NCBI GenBank assembly: GCA_964019425.1 | Contig: OZ025792.1 | Coordinates: 186,001-250,000 of the forward strand | Direction: 5' to 3' | DNA from: Flectonema sp. DT1601 | Taxonomy: Eukaryota | Length of the DNA stretch: 64,000 bases | Part shown: positions 34,468 to 46,091 of the stretch, in pieces | Layout: each line of letters begins with the position of its first letter | How positions within the stretch are numbered: position 1 is the stretch's first letter | Notes under the pieces: model-generated | Database searches by the model: none | What the model was told of the DNA's origin: nothing | The model's input: the letters and a program-made list of their open reading frames with translations, nothing else | Made by a program: the position numbers and the translations under genes

Positions 34468-35389
34468 TGTAATAATAAATTAAGCTGTTTTGAAATGGTG
34501 TTCTTATAAACAAAAAACAATTAATTTGATTAAGAATGAAACGAATAATCTGACCCCTTGGTCACCTCCTCGATAATGATTAAACTACAGCGTCTCTAGT
34601 TCCAATATGAGTTTATTATAAAGAAGTGCACTAAATTAAAATATAAAAAAAGAAAAATTATAAAAACACATTGTTCAGTCGTCTTTCTTGAGCTTTTCCT
34701 TAGTGTTGGTGAGGAGTAGAATTCCTTCATTCGAGGATGCCATGGTGCAGTCGTTACTGTTGCTGTGCATTTTTGCTTGGCTTTGCTTTTGGGGGCATTA
34801 CCCCCAACAGCTTGCCTTTACCTGGTTTGGGGGGGCGATTAATACGAGTAGAGGCATTTGTGAAACTGCAGCAAAGTTTACTCAAGGAAAGGAAAGGAAG
34901 GAGAGAGAAAAGAATCTGGCGTTTGAGATACTGGGATCTCGGAGACGGAAAAAGGCTAAGCCGAAATCAGCTTTTGTGACATTAAGCCTTTTATGACACC
35001 GCTTTGCCAAAACTCAAAATAATATATGATAAGGCTGAGGATTTTCATCACCCAAGAGTAAAGACACCATCTCGTGGCATTAATTCGTTATCGGAAACTT
35101 TTAATGCCAACAAGAGAGCAGCAATCCTTTTCTGGTGACAGCCTTTTTCATATTTTTTAACTTCTAAACGATAAGATCGGTAGTGTGTGAACGAGCTCAC
35201 CTAAGGTGTACACGTCAAAAATAAAAAACAAAAATAACGTACGGATATTTGACAATTTCACACTGAGAGACCACGAAAATAAGATTTTAATAGCATGCCA
35301 TTGTTAGCTTTTGTTCTTTCATTCACGATGGCTATTTTGTACCTGTATAGTTCGGTAAGAAAAAGGCGAAAGTGAAAAGAAGTGTTGCT

Positions 35390-36109
35390 TTAGTTGTTAT
35401 CAAAGTAATCAGCCGGATTGCCAACTATTACTGAAGCAGCGTATGAACCAATTCCGCAAAGGCTAGATCCGTATTGGATGCGAATGTAACCAGATTCTCC
35501 CCATGACTTGCCCCAGCTGTTTTTAACAATCCAGTATGCCGATGTACTAGAACGACCGAGTCCAACAACAAGAGCAGAATGATCAACTTGAGAAGAAGGA
35601 CAGCTTTCAAGAATTCCACCTTCATAAGTCTCCCATGAAGTGGCATCAAAGTCTGCGAACACCGGACCGTTTTTAAATAAGAAGGCAGCAAGTTGTTCTT
35701 CTCCAGGAATCGATGTGAAGTTTGAAACCTTTGCAGTAATCTTATTCTCGTGGAACTCACATTTTCCTGTTGCTGTTGGATATTCAGCTTCCGATTCTAA
35801 TCCCCCAACACTCGCAATGTATTCAATCTTATCAGAGATCTTTGACGTGCAGTCAGCTATTTGAGCAAACGACATCATCGCAACTCCAGCTTTCTTGTTT
35901 CCCTTCAAATACCATTGCGAAGCAGTCTGATCTGCAGCAGTAAAATCATCTGCCTCTCCCAAAGCACCTTCATTCTGAACAGGTGTCGTTGAAGACCTCC
36001 AATCTTTTCCCGTTGAAACGGCGTGCTTGACTTCTCCTGATCTAAACTTTTTAAAAGGATACCCGGCACTCAGCGCCATTCCAACCATTCCAACGCATAC
36101 CAATGACAT
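35390..36109 (-). CDS. Inactive papain-family homologue, copy 5
   Basis: Protein identical to copy 4. Confidence 0.9.
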   Translation of the reverse strand: MSLVCVGMVGMALSAGYPFKKFRSGEVKHAVSTGKDWRSSTTPVQNEGALGEADDFTAADQTASQWYLKGNKKAGVAMMSFAQIADCTSKISDKIEYIASVGGLESEAEYPTATGKCEFHENKITAKVSNFTSIPGEEQLAAFLFKNGPVFADFDATSWETYEGGILESCPSSQVDHSALVVGLGRSSTSAYWIVKNSWGKSWGESGYIRIQYGSSLCGIGSYAASVIVGNPADYFDNN

Positions 36110-37031
36110 TGTAATAATAAATTAAGCTGTTTTGAAATGGTGTTCTTATAAACAAAAAACAATTAATTTGATTAAGAATGAAACGAATAATCTGACCCCT
36201 TGGTCACCTCCTCGATAATGATTAAACTACAGCGTCTCTAGTTCCAATATGAGTTTATTATAAAGAAGTGCACTAAATTAAAATATAAAAAAAGAAAAAT
36301 TATAAAAACACATTGTTCAGTCGTCTTTCTTGAGCTTTTCCTTAGTGTTGGTGAGGAGTAGAATTCCTTCATTCGAGGATGCCATGGTGCAGTCGTTACT
36401 GTTGCTGTGCATTTTTGCTTGGCTTTGCTTTTGGGGGCATTACCCCCAACAGCTTGCCTTTACCTGGTTTGGGGGGGCGATTAATACGAGTAGAGGCATT
36501 TGTGAAACTGCAGCAAAGTTTACTCAAGGAAAGGAAAGGAAGGAGAGAGAAAAGAATCTGGCGTTTGAGATACTGGGATCTCGGAGACGGAAAAAGGCTA
36601 AGCCGAAATCAGCTTTTGTGACATTAAGCCTTTTATGACACCGCTTTGCCAAAACTCAAAATAATATATGATAAGGCTGAGGATTTTCATCACCCAAGAG
36701 TAAAGACACCATCTCGTGGCATTAATTCGTTATCGGAAACTTTTAATGCCAACAAGAGAGCAGCAATCCTTTTCTGGTGACAGCCTTTTTCATATTTTTT
36801 AACTTCTAAACGATAAGATCGGTAGTGTGTGAACGAGCTCACCTAAGGTGTACACGTCAAAAATAAAAAACAAAAATAACGTACGGATATTTGACAATTT
36901 CACACTGAGAGACCACGAAAATAAGATTTTAATAGCATGCCATTGTTAGCTTTTGTTCTTTCATTCACGATGGCTATTTTGTACCTGTATAGTTCGGTAA
37001 GAAAAAGGCGAAAGTGAAAAGAAGTGTTGCT

Positions 37032-37751
37032 TTAGTTGTTATCAAAGTAATCAGCCGGATTGCCAACTATTACTGAAGCAGCGTATGAACCAATTCCGCA
37101 AAGGCTAGATCCGTATTGGATGCGAATGTAACCAGATTCTCCCCATGACTTGCCCCAGCTGTTTTTAACAATCCAGTATGCCGATGTACTAGAACGACCG
37201 AGTCCAACAACAAGAGCAGAATGATCAACTTGAGAAGAAGGACAGCTTTCAAGAATTCCACCTTCATAAGTCTCCCATGAAGTGGCATCAAAGTCTGCGA
37301 ACACCGGACCGTTTTTAAATAAGAAGGCAGCAAGTTGTTCTTCTCCAGGAATCGATGTGAAGTTTGAAACCTTTGCAGTAATCTTATTCTCGTGGAACTC
37401 ACATTTTCCTGTTGCTGTTGGATATTCAGCTTCCGATTCTAATCCCCCAACACTCGCAATGTATTCAATCTTATCAGAGATCTTTGACGTGCAGTCAGCT
37501 ATTTGAGCAAACGACATCATCGCAACTCCAGCTTTCTTGTTTCCCTTCAAATACCATTGCGAAGCAGTCTGATCTGCAGCAGTAAAATCATCTGCCTCTC
37601 CCAAAGCACCTTCATTCTGAACAGGTGTCGTTGAAGACCTCCAATCTTTTCCCGTTGAAACGGCGTGCTTGACTTCTCCTGATCTAAACTTTTTAAAAGG
37701 ATACCCGGCACTCAGCGCCATTCCAACCATTCCAACGCATACCAATGACAT
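37032..37751 (-). CDS. Inactive papain-family homologue, copy 6
   Basis: Protein identical to copy 4. Confidence 0.9.
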   Translation of the reverse strand: MSLVCVGMVGMALSAGYPFKKFRSGEVKHAVSTGKDWRSSTTPVQNEGALGEADDFTAADQTASQWYLKGNKKAGVAMMSFAQIADCTSKISDKIEYIASVGGLESEAEYPTATGKCEFHENKITAKVSNFTSIPGEEQLAAFLFKNGPVFADFDATSWETYEGGILESCPSSQVDHSALVVGLGRSSTSAYWIVKNSWGKSWGESGYIRIQYGSSLCGIGSYAASVIVGNPADYFDNN

Positions 37752-37957
37752 TGTAATAATAAATTAAGCTGTTTTGAAATGGTGTTCTTATAAACAAAAA
37801 ACAATTAATTTGATTAAGAATGAAACGAATAATCTGACCCCTTGGTCACCTCCTCGATAATGATTAAACTACAGCGTCTCTAGTTCCTTACTAATATCTT
37901 AAAGTAATATTGTACGCTCCTAATGGTTACGGAAGGCCTAACTCAGTTGTAAGATAG

Positions 37958-38737
37958 TTACGTTTTCAGTCTCTTTATATCACCTGTAGGTGCTTTAGAA
38001 GTAATGATATTCAAAGGCGTGCAAGGCCAGAATGGAATTTTCGAACTAGTTTTTGTTTCATATGCTGCGTGTAAGCGGCTCTCCAAAACAGTCAACTTAT
38101 CAACAGTTTCTTCACTGTAGAGAACGATAGATGCCTTTCTTTTGGTTTCTTGCTGACTGACAACAGGTTGGCGATCGAGGAGTTTTTGCTCACGTTCGGC
38201 GTTCTTACGTTTTTCAGCTCGCCGTAGTTCTGATTGAACGAACATACTAATCCAAGCTTTATTAACAGCCTTGGCTGCATCATCATCATCATCATCATCA
38301 TCTGGTTTATTAGAAGGCTGAGATTTATTTTTATTATTTCTATCATACAACACGATGGGGCCCTTACTATCCTCCCTGTCGGAGGAGCAGCTTGACTCGC
38401 TGCCGTTGCTTTTCGGAACGACCTCGTAGCGGGGTGGTTTCGCGAGCTGTTCTGGAAAAGTCGGCTCAGCAGCCTGAAGAGCTTGAGCCTGAGCAGCTTG
38501 AGGAGGAGAACTTTCTACCAATGAGTCACTGCTGCTGATTGTAGATTCCGACTGTTGGTCTGTATCAACAGGCAGCTTCGTGTTTGTGGGCTCCTTCATC
38601 CCTGCAGATACAAACTGTTGTGCTTCGGGGTACGAAGTGCGTACTCCATACCCTCCACCTCTCTCTGTCTCCAAAGCTGTGAACAACGACCACGGGATCG
38701 GTGGCATCGGCGGTGTGGGTACCGAAAAGGCACTCAT
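37958..38737 (-). CDS. Hypothetical low-complexity protein
   Basis: Open frame from MSAFSVP just downstream of a CAG acceptor; poly-Asp and coiled-coil-like stretch. Confidence 0.6.
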   Translation of the reverse strand: MSAFSVPTPPMPPIPWSLFTALETERGGGYGVRTSYPEAQQFVSAGMKEPTNTKLPVDTDQQSESTISSSDSLVESSPPQAAQAQALQAAEPTFPEQLAKPPRYEVVPKSNGSESSCSSDREDSKGPIVLYDRNNKNKSQPSNKPDDDDDDDDAAKAVNKAWISMFVQSELRRAEKRKNAEREQKLLDRQPVVSQQETKRKASIVLYSEETVDKLTVLESRLHAAYETKTSSKIPFWPCTPLNIITSKAPTGDIKRLKT

Positions 38738-39142
38738 CTTGTACCCCAATACCTGACAGTACAAAAATAGTTACAAATAGCGAATTACATACAAAATTAA
38801 CACAAAAGATTATTTAAGAAAAAGATCAAGTTACCCCAGACATTGATTGTTCCAAAACTGTGGGGGTGAATATACACAAAAGGTATCTCGTAGTTAGTAA
38901 ATCATTCACAACAATCGTAAGACGTACACTATTCCTATTGATTAGGTAAATAATAAACGACACGACATCAATTCGTCGTATCCTCACGTAGTAAGTATTC
39001 CAACAGAACAAATAGTTCTGGTGAACTACTTACTATTTGTGCAAGACACACACGTGTCATGTTGGATACTAAAGTAAGTATCTCACAACTGCTAACATTC
39101 CATGTCAACAAGTAGAATATAACTACCGGTAGTTGAATTAGC

Positions 39143-40858
39143 TTATATCGAATTCAGAGGGAAGCTACCACAGTAATATTTAAGATGCCATTCATTACCA
39201 CGTAGACGTTTTAGTTCTTCTTTATCCCATCTCTGAACGTATTCTACTTCATCGTACATGTGTCCCTTCTTTGCTTGGTATTTAGTTCTTTCTTCAAGGA
39301 CTGATTTAAAGTCGAAGTCGTCACCCACTGTTTTGTTTGATAAAGCTGTTTCTAGTTGTGAAGTGATAAACGTATTTACTCATACCAATATTTCCTGCAT
39401 TCTTGTGGTTGACTGGTGGAGATCCGTGTGCCCTGCAACCTCCATCTGTTACAAGTTCTATTCTCATAGATCTCACATTTTTAAAGTTATTGTGAGGAAG
39501 AGGACCCCAACCAATGTGATTCCTGTCAGCTGACCTTGTCAAACTTTTTGATCTTCTTGCACGAGCACGGTTTCTCATTTTTTCTAAAATACGATTATCA
39601 AGTAGTCTCCCTCTGTTAAACTGTTTTTGTTGTGGTTTTGAATTCGACAATGAGACTGCACCCCTCGACATGAAAGGACGCAAGAACAATCACAATTTCT
39701 CAATATCTCGCACAGAATAACTCCCACTCAGTACACAAATTGAGAACTGGTGGGGTGCAGTTGCGCTGACACATCGCTCTGTAGTAAGTCGGTTAGCATC
39801 CACATCCGCGTCGTAAATAATTCATTTCCAGAACTCATTCAGTCCTCAATGATGAGAAGACCTCAAAAATATCATCCAAAACAAAAAAAACAGAATTCTC
39901 GCACAAAATAACTCCCACTCAGTACACAAGTTGAGAACTGGTGGGGTGCAGTTGCGCTGCAAAACAGAAGTAAAGCAACCCTTTCCTCGAGGAAATGACG
40001 ATTTCATGGGCGACTTGAAAACCCATTATCCCACACCACTTCGTCAAAATATTTCATTCTCTTGAGTTGTCGTTATAAATAAACCAACAAGACCTCGTGA
40101 GTTTGGATTTACTCATTTCTTAGTTTACATCAGAGTTGAGTTTTGATATCAACAAAAAGGATAAGAACTTCGATTCTCGCACAAAATAACTCCCACTCAG
40201 TACACAAGTTGAGAACTGGAGGGGTGCAGTTGCGCTGTGAAGGATGCTGGACAGTATCGCTTGAACAGCGGAGTTGATTTTCTAATTATTCTCGCACAAA
40301 ATAACTCCCACTCAGTTCACCATTTAGGAACTAGTGAGGTGCAGTTGCGCTGACCAGGAAGGCAGAAAGCCGGTTGGCTAAAACCTGTCTGTCAGTTAAC
40401 TAAAACAGAATTCTCGCACAAAATAACTCCCACTCAGTACACAAATTGAGAACTGGTGGGGTGCAGTTGCGCTGACACATCGCTCTGTAGTGTAAGTCGG
40501 TAAGCGTCCACATCCGCGCCTTAAATAATTTCTTTCACTGAGACGGCCATAAAGGGACAAATATCCAAAACTAAAATAAAAAACAGAATTCTCGCACAAA
40601 ATAACTCCCACTCAGTACACAAATTGAGAACTAGTGGGGTGCAGTCGCGCTGTAAAGCCTGCTGGACAGCTTGATATTCTCACAACACTTGTTAGTAAAA
40701 GAGAAAGAAAGAAAAAAACAAACCCATTCTCGTTCATCATATCTCATCTTCATCTGTGTTGACATAACTTGATGATAACCTTTGTGACGCACTTGTCGAG
40801 ATAAGCTTCCAGCACCCGCAATGCTACTCACAGCTATTCTATTAATGTTCATATTCAT
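39143..40858 (-). CDS. Basic protein with a mitochondrial-presequence-like N-terminus; 3 exons (40858-40724, 39620-39386, 39327-39143)
   Basis: A phase-0 intron at 40723-39621 (1103 bp, contains array 2) and a phase-1 intron at 39385-39328 join three short ORFs. Arg-rich N-terminus lacking acidic residues. A mitoribosomal role is only a guess. Confidence 0.7.
39704..40652 (-). repeat. Intronic array 2: six copies of the same 65-bp hairpin repeat with 50-213 bp spacers
   Basis: Copies start at 39704, 39895, 40173, 40288, 40410 and 40588. Spacers are shared with array 1 in a different order. Confidence 0.95.
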
Positions 40859-41175
40859 ATTGCCTAATCACAACTGTTAAACAAGAACGGTAAGAGACTA
40901 CTTTAAGAGGAGAGGGACCAATCTCTAATTTATGTTCGTTATAATTTCTGGAATACAAAAAGATGAATACATCCTCAGCTTGCGGTAAAGAGTAAACACA
41001 GAAGCTATAAAAGAATAGGCAATGCCTAAGTCATCTCTGAAAAGAGAGAACGGACCATTGCATTGTGAGTACAAAATAATTTGCAATCGTTGCAAATAAA
41101 AAAAGACTAAAGAGCGCATAAGAAGTAAAACAAAAAGGAATGCAAAACACCCACAGCATGTTAACGTTGCGAATG

Positions 41176-43425
41176 TTACAAAGCAGGAAGAACTGGAACT
41201 TTATTTTCTCCATCCTCGCTTGCGGTTCGGTCCTTGTCAAGAACGTCATCTTCGCGTTCTCTTTCTTCACCTCCCTCATCTCTTTTATTGTGATGATAAT
41301 CATCTTCGAGTGGATCAGCTTTGTCTTTCACTGGAGGAAGTACGACATTAAAGTTATATTCGTACAGTACTTTTGTTCTACTTCGTACCATCTCACAAAA
41401 TTGATCATCAGAGACTTGGAAGATGCGCTTAGCACACCAAAGTAAGCCGATGACATCAGAGAGTAGAAAGTGATGAGAGGGTAAGATATCGTAGCATAGA
41501 CTATAAAATGATTCCCTATTCAAACGAAGATCAGGAGCCTCAAAAACCCCTTCTAAGTACGCAAGTATAGCACGACAACCAGGGCCTTGGACCGGATACG
41601 GTGGCAACGCAGATCTAAAGTTCTCCAACCATCTTCTTAAAAGAGATCTTCTCTTTGCTTTAAACTCCTTTTCAATATCAGTAAATATTCTTCTTTGCAT
41701 ATTCTCATTTGCATGTCTCCATCTTGGGTTCACAGATTTCGTCTCAGAATCATTTTTTAATATGTCGCTTAATATTCTTCTCTTTTTCCTGAATAAGGCT
41801 TCTCGCTGATTGGCCATTCGTCTGATTTCTTTGATACATCGATGATGGAATTGAGCTTTCTCCTTTCCGTAAAGAGATGCGAATTTTCCGAAATCATACG
41901 GAATGGGTGTTAATGAGGATTCTTGATCAGTAAATCGATATGTGATCCCAAGAGCACGTTGGGCATCTTGTAGTTTCATGTGATTGGTGAACCCGAATAG
42001 GAGTCCCTCGACTATTCGGGTAAGTTCACGTTTTTCATCATCGAGGTCAGTTTCAACAGCATCCTCTTTCGCAGTAGCACGTCCTGATAAAATATCATTT
42101 ATAGTGAAATTGGGAAGTTGAACTGTTGGAACATGAGCAGAAAGCGTCGCATCTTCATCACCATCAGAATCTGAAGTTCCTTCATCACCATTTTGTGTCA
42201 CGAATATAGTTCTTCTAACTCTCCGTTGTCTTGGTGGTGGTATTTTATTTTTGTATATAATATTAACTTTACACGACTTCCATTTCTGATCCATCACCAT
42301 CCACATATCCCACTGCATTGCTGTAGACGGATGTTTAGTATTATAAGGGATTCTAGTTTCTGCATAAGTGTAGTCTTTCTCATTAACTATCCAATATCCA
42401 TCGTGAGAGCATAGGATACATGTTTGTGATTCCCAAACAGGAAGGTCAGCAATTAGGTATCTTGATTTAAAGTATTCTCCCTCATAGTGAGAAGTCTCAT
42501 TTGAAAATAATTGAAATGAATTATCAGATATTGGAACCAGTCTTAAAGTCGGATCATATTCCCACGCAGATGAAGCTGTATTCCAAAAATCCCATCGAAC
42601 ACAAGCAGAAGGAGGCTTTCCAAAATGTGGTGTTCCCGATTCTATCCATGAGTAGTCACTGTCTTCAATTCTCCATCTTCCATCGTGTTTTATTATTCTT
42701 TTACAACCATTAATCCAACTCGTATTACTACTTATAAATAAATAAGTCCCATTGTATTGTGGTAGCTTTGAGGATACAACTATTATTTCCTTCGGATAAG
42801 GGTCGGGTTTGAAAGGAGGTTCTTCCTTTCCCTTTAAAGTACCTCCACATCTATATATAACTATTTTTGACTCAGCATTGGAAATGTCTTTGCGAAGAAG
42901 TTGCTTGGGAGCTCCAGATGTTTGTCGTTCGCTGCTTTTGTGAAAATGAACATCCCCGAGTTCGCATTGCATCGGGACGATGGTGTTTTGTTGTTTTTGT
43001 GAATTTTCTTTTGACTTATGTTGATCAGTAGTGGTAGGCTCCTTCTCACCCATGTATTCTTGATGTCGTTTTCCTGCTCTTCCATGTGCTGTTAATTTTG
43101 AAAGCTGAGGTGGTGGTGGAGTCGGATGTCTATTTAAATTGTACTCCCTCTTCCTTCTGTGGTAATCTTTCAGTCCCTGATTTCGTATACTACTGATCAC
43201 GTGACACGCCTTTTGTTGAACCCTTGGATTGGGTGTTAAAGTGCAACCCTCATCTTTTTTATCCAATAAGGACAATACATGTTTAGGAGGCTTACTATTT
43301 GTCCATTGCTTTACGGTTACTCGAAGTCTTTCAACGTCGTTTTCGACTTGAATTCCTCCCATAATAATTGCATGCCTGCTGAGTAGTATAAATGTAAATA
43401 AATCACACAAATCATGACCTCTCAC
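41176..43425 (-). CDS. Hypothetical protein with two Trp-rich internal repeats and a helical C-terminus
   Basis: 749-aa ORF. Repeats YNGTY..W..HDGRWRI..P..W and YEGEY..W..HDGYWIV..P..W. Real start may be MGGIQ near 43362. Confidence 0.7.
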   Translation of the reverse strand: MRGHDLCDLFTFILLSRHAIIMGGIQVENDVERLRVTVKQWTNSKPPKHVLSLLDKKDEGCTLTPNPRVQQKACHVISSIRNQGLKDYHRRKREYNLNRHPTPPPPQLSKLTAHGRAGKRHQEYMGEKEPTTTDQHKSKENSQKQQNTIVPMQCELGDVHFHKSSERQTSGAPKQLLRKDISNAESKIVIYRCGGTLKGKEEPPFKPDPYPKEIIVVSSKLPQYNGTYLFISSNTSWINGCKRIIKHDGRWRIEDSDYSWIESGTPHFGKPPSACVRWDFWNTASSAWEYDPTLRLVPISDNSFQLFSNETSHYEGEYFKSRYLIADLPVWESQTCILCSHDGYWIVNEKDYTYAETRIPYNTKHPSTAMQWDMWMVMDQKWKSCKVNIIYKNKIPPPRQRRVRRTIFVTQNGDEGTSDSDGDEDATLSAHVPTVQLPNFTINDILSGRATAKEDAVETDLDDEKRELTRIVEGLLFGFTNHMKLQDAQRALGITYRFTDQESSLTPIPYDFGKFASLYGKEKAQFHHRCIKEIRRMANQREALFRKKRRILSDILKNDSETKSVNPRWRHANENMQRRIFTDIEKEFKAKRRSLLRRWLENFRSALPPYPVQGPGCRAILAYLEGVFEAPDLRLNRESFYSLCYDILPSHHFLLSDVIGLLWCAKRIFQVSDDQFCEMVRSRTKVLYEYNFNVVLPPVKDKADPLEDDYHHNKRDEGGEEREREDDVLDKDRTASEDGENKVPVLPAL

Positions 43426-46091
43426 GAGGTATATTTGACTGAAGAATGAGAAACATAATACTGCTGTTATTCTATAGCTTAGCTGTTCACGTGAGCGCGG
43501 GGTTCTTCTTTTTTTTTTTTTTGGCTCAAATGTGGCGTGAAAACATTAATAATAACTAATCCACAGAAGTGTTTTCCCTTTAAAAAAAAAAAAAAAGTTT
43601 TTTTTCTTCTTTTTTTTTACCGACGTAGTCGGAGAAGAAAACCATTCAGATTGAAAAGCCGATAAAAGGCTGAAATCTGAATGGTTGTTTTTCTTCTTTC
43701 TTTTTTTCTTTTTTCCATTATTTGTACAGTTCACAGACGACATCTTAACTTTCTTGCGCTACCAAGTTCAGATGCTCTAGTCGCATGTCAGACTCCCCCC
43801 AGTAGTGCCGATAAGCACACCAAATTAATGGCGAAAAGAGTTGTCTGAGAACATTCGTGCCTAAGTGGGAAAAAAAAAGTGAGCAGAACAAAAATTAGGA
43901 GAGAAGAAGGGACATAAACAACAAAATAAAAGTAACTGTTTTTTTTTTCTTTTTTTTTTTTTTCTTTCATTTTTTTTCTTTTCTTTTTTTTTTTTTTTTT
44001 TTTGAAGACTCGCAAATTAAACGCCGGGATGCCGACAATGGCACACAAGTGTTATTGATGTGGTACACGCAACCGCCTCATACAAAAAAAAAAAAAAAAA
44101 AAAAAAGGGCAATACAAAAACAATGTGTGTTGTAAGCAGTATTTCTGTTTTATTAGCTACAACAACATACGTACTGTGGGCAACGTAGTGTCACAAGATG
44201 GTATGCCGACATGTTTACAACTACAATTAGTTCACGATACATGACACCCATCATGTGGGGGAAAAAGAAATGCAGAAAAAGTTGGACATTCCTGCACAAC
44301 ACATCTTTACATACTGAAGTGAGTGAAAAAAAAAAAAAAAAAAAATGAATTGTGGTGCACATGCTTAAACCACTTTCGATAGTTTAAAGGCATATTAAAT
44401 TTTACTTGTAATACAGCGCATGAACTTTTTTTTTTTTAATTTTAAAAAAAAAGGAAAAATAATCATTGAATGCACTTTATATAAAAATAAAAAAACCCAC
44501 TGGGGGAAAGAATGCAAATTTCGAATCTCGAAGTGAACAACAAAGTGGATAGCGGTTCGACAAATTGATGAGTTATGCAGCCTATGACAGACCCCAAAGA
44601 GAACGCTAACAGAGTCAGACAGCAAAAAAAAAACAACAAAAGAAAAGAAAAACAAAAAAAAGGAAGATAGTGTTTTGTTCGCACGCAGAACGTTGTAACA
44701 GAAATCAGCTCCCTTTTTTAAGAATTTTTTTTAAAAAAAAAATCGAATCCTTTGAAATCACCTCGATGGGCCAGAAATCCGAAAAAACCAAACGACCTCT
44801 ACTATAAGAAGTTAGAGAGCGAAATATCGCACTCTAAGAAACAGCAAATTTAAAAAAAAAAAAAAAAAAAAAAACGTATCAACCTTATTTCTGTCTCTAC
44901 CTCGATTTCTCCACTTTTTTTTTTTTTTTAATCTACCGTCCGAGGCTGATGTCACTCAATCATCATCTCAGCCAGATAACACGCACAGTTTAAATTTGAT
45001 TATTTGTTTCGGGTGGTTACGAAAAACGTTGAATCACTTATGAATGATGCACCTTAGTAGGCTTACACACAAAAAAAAAAGAAAAGGCACTCGTTTAAAC
45101 TGCTGTTCATGTTTCCTGATCAAAGCATACCTCATGCGGCGCAAACCTTGGCAAATGTAAAAAAAAAAAAAACGTGAGACAAAGTCTTTTAACTATTTAC
45201 TGTAGTAAGAAAACGATAAGAAGACGTAAGCTGCAACAATTTACTGCATTAGTACTATTATTTTTCCTTTCTAAGCTAAACACATAATAATACAGAGAAA
45301 AAATCAACACAACAATCTTTATTTTTTTTATGTTTTTTTTTTAATCTTTTTTATTCTTTATCTTGTTCTTTTATTTTTATCTTCTTGAAATTTTTCAGAA
45401 GTAATTAAAAAGAGATTCGAAATATTTTCTCACATGCGGAACGGAACACCAATTTCTATTTATACCACAAAAAAAGATTATTTTCTCCCTTTCTTTTTCT
45501 TCTTCTTGCTGAAGGTCAAGAAATCACTTCCCACTTAAAATACAAAAAAAAAAAAAAAAAAAAAGGAGTTGGGAATTTTTTTTTTTTTTTTTTTTTTTGT
45601 TAAAGGAACTTTATTTTCCCCCCGCACTTCATTAAATTGGGAAATAAATGAGAAATAATTAAAAAGCCCTTTATTTCTGCTTTATTTTGGAATTCCCCTT
45701 TAAAGGGGGTACAAGTATTAAGTTACCCCATTCGTCATATTGGGAATCCATCGCTTTGTGCGCGATTCCATTAATAATAGTAGTTTTTAATTATACCATG
45801 ACGGTATGAACAAGCTCATAGCATCTTATTATCAACGCTAAATGATTATTTCTCAATTTCATATATTGTTTTGTTTCGCGCACATGGATTGTTTTTCCAA
45901 TTTAAAAAAAAAAGAAAGAAAAAAAAAAAAAATTTAAAGAAAAAAAAATAATTAAAAAAAAGAAGAGAAAACAAAACAACACGTAATTCACCTACTAAGA
46001 TGAGTGTTGTAAGGTTTTTCTTTATTGCGGCACACAGGCAGTATCAAGATTTATACCTGACTTAGTAAATGACACCAAACAGATAAGAAGT

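Larger units (their letters stand above)
28198..37887. repeat. Tandem gene array of six ~1.64-kb units
   Basis: ORF spacings of 1641, 1636, 1642, 1642 and 1642 bp; near-identical sequence. Shared sequence starts at gctgtgcattttt (28198) and ends at tagttcc (37887). Confidence 0.97.

Noticed and set aside
29769..36638. Plus-strand ORFs repeated in each 1.64-kb unit
   Set aside because: Lengths vary through frameshifting indels, they are antisense to the cluster and have no recognisable motifs.
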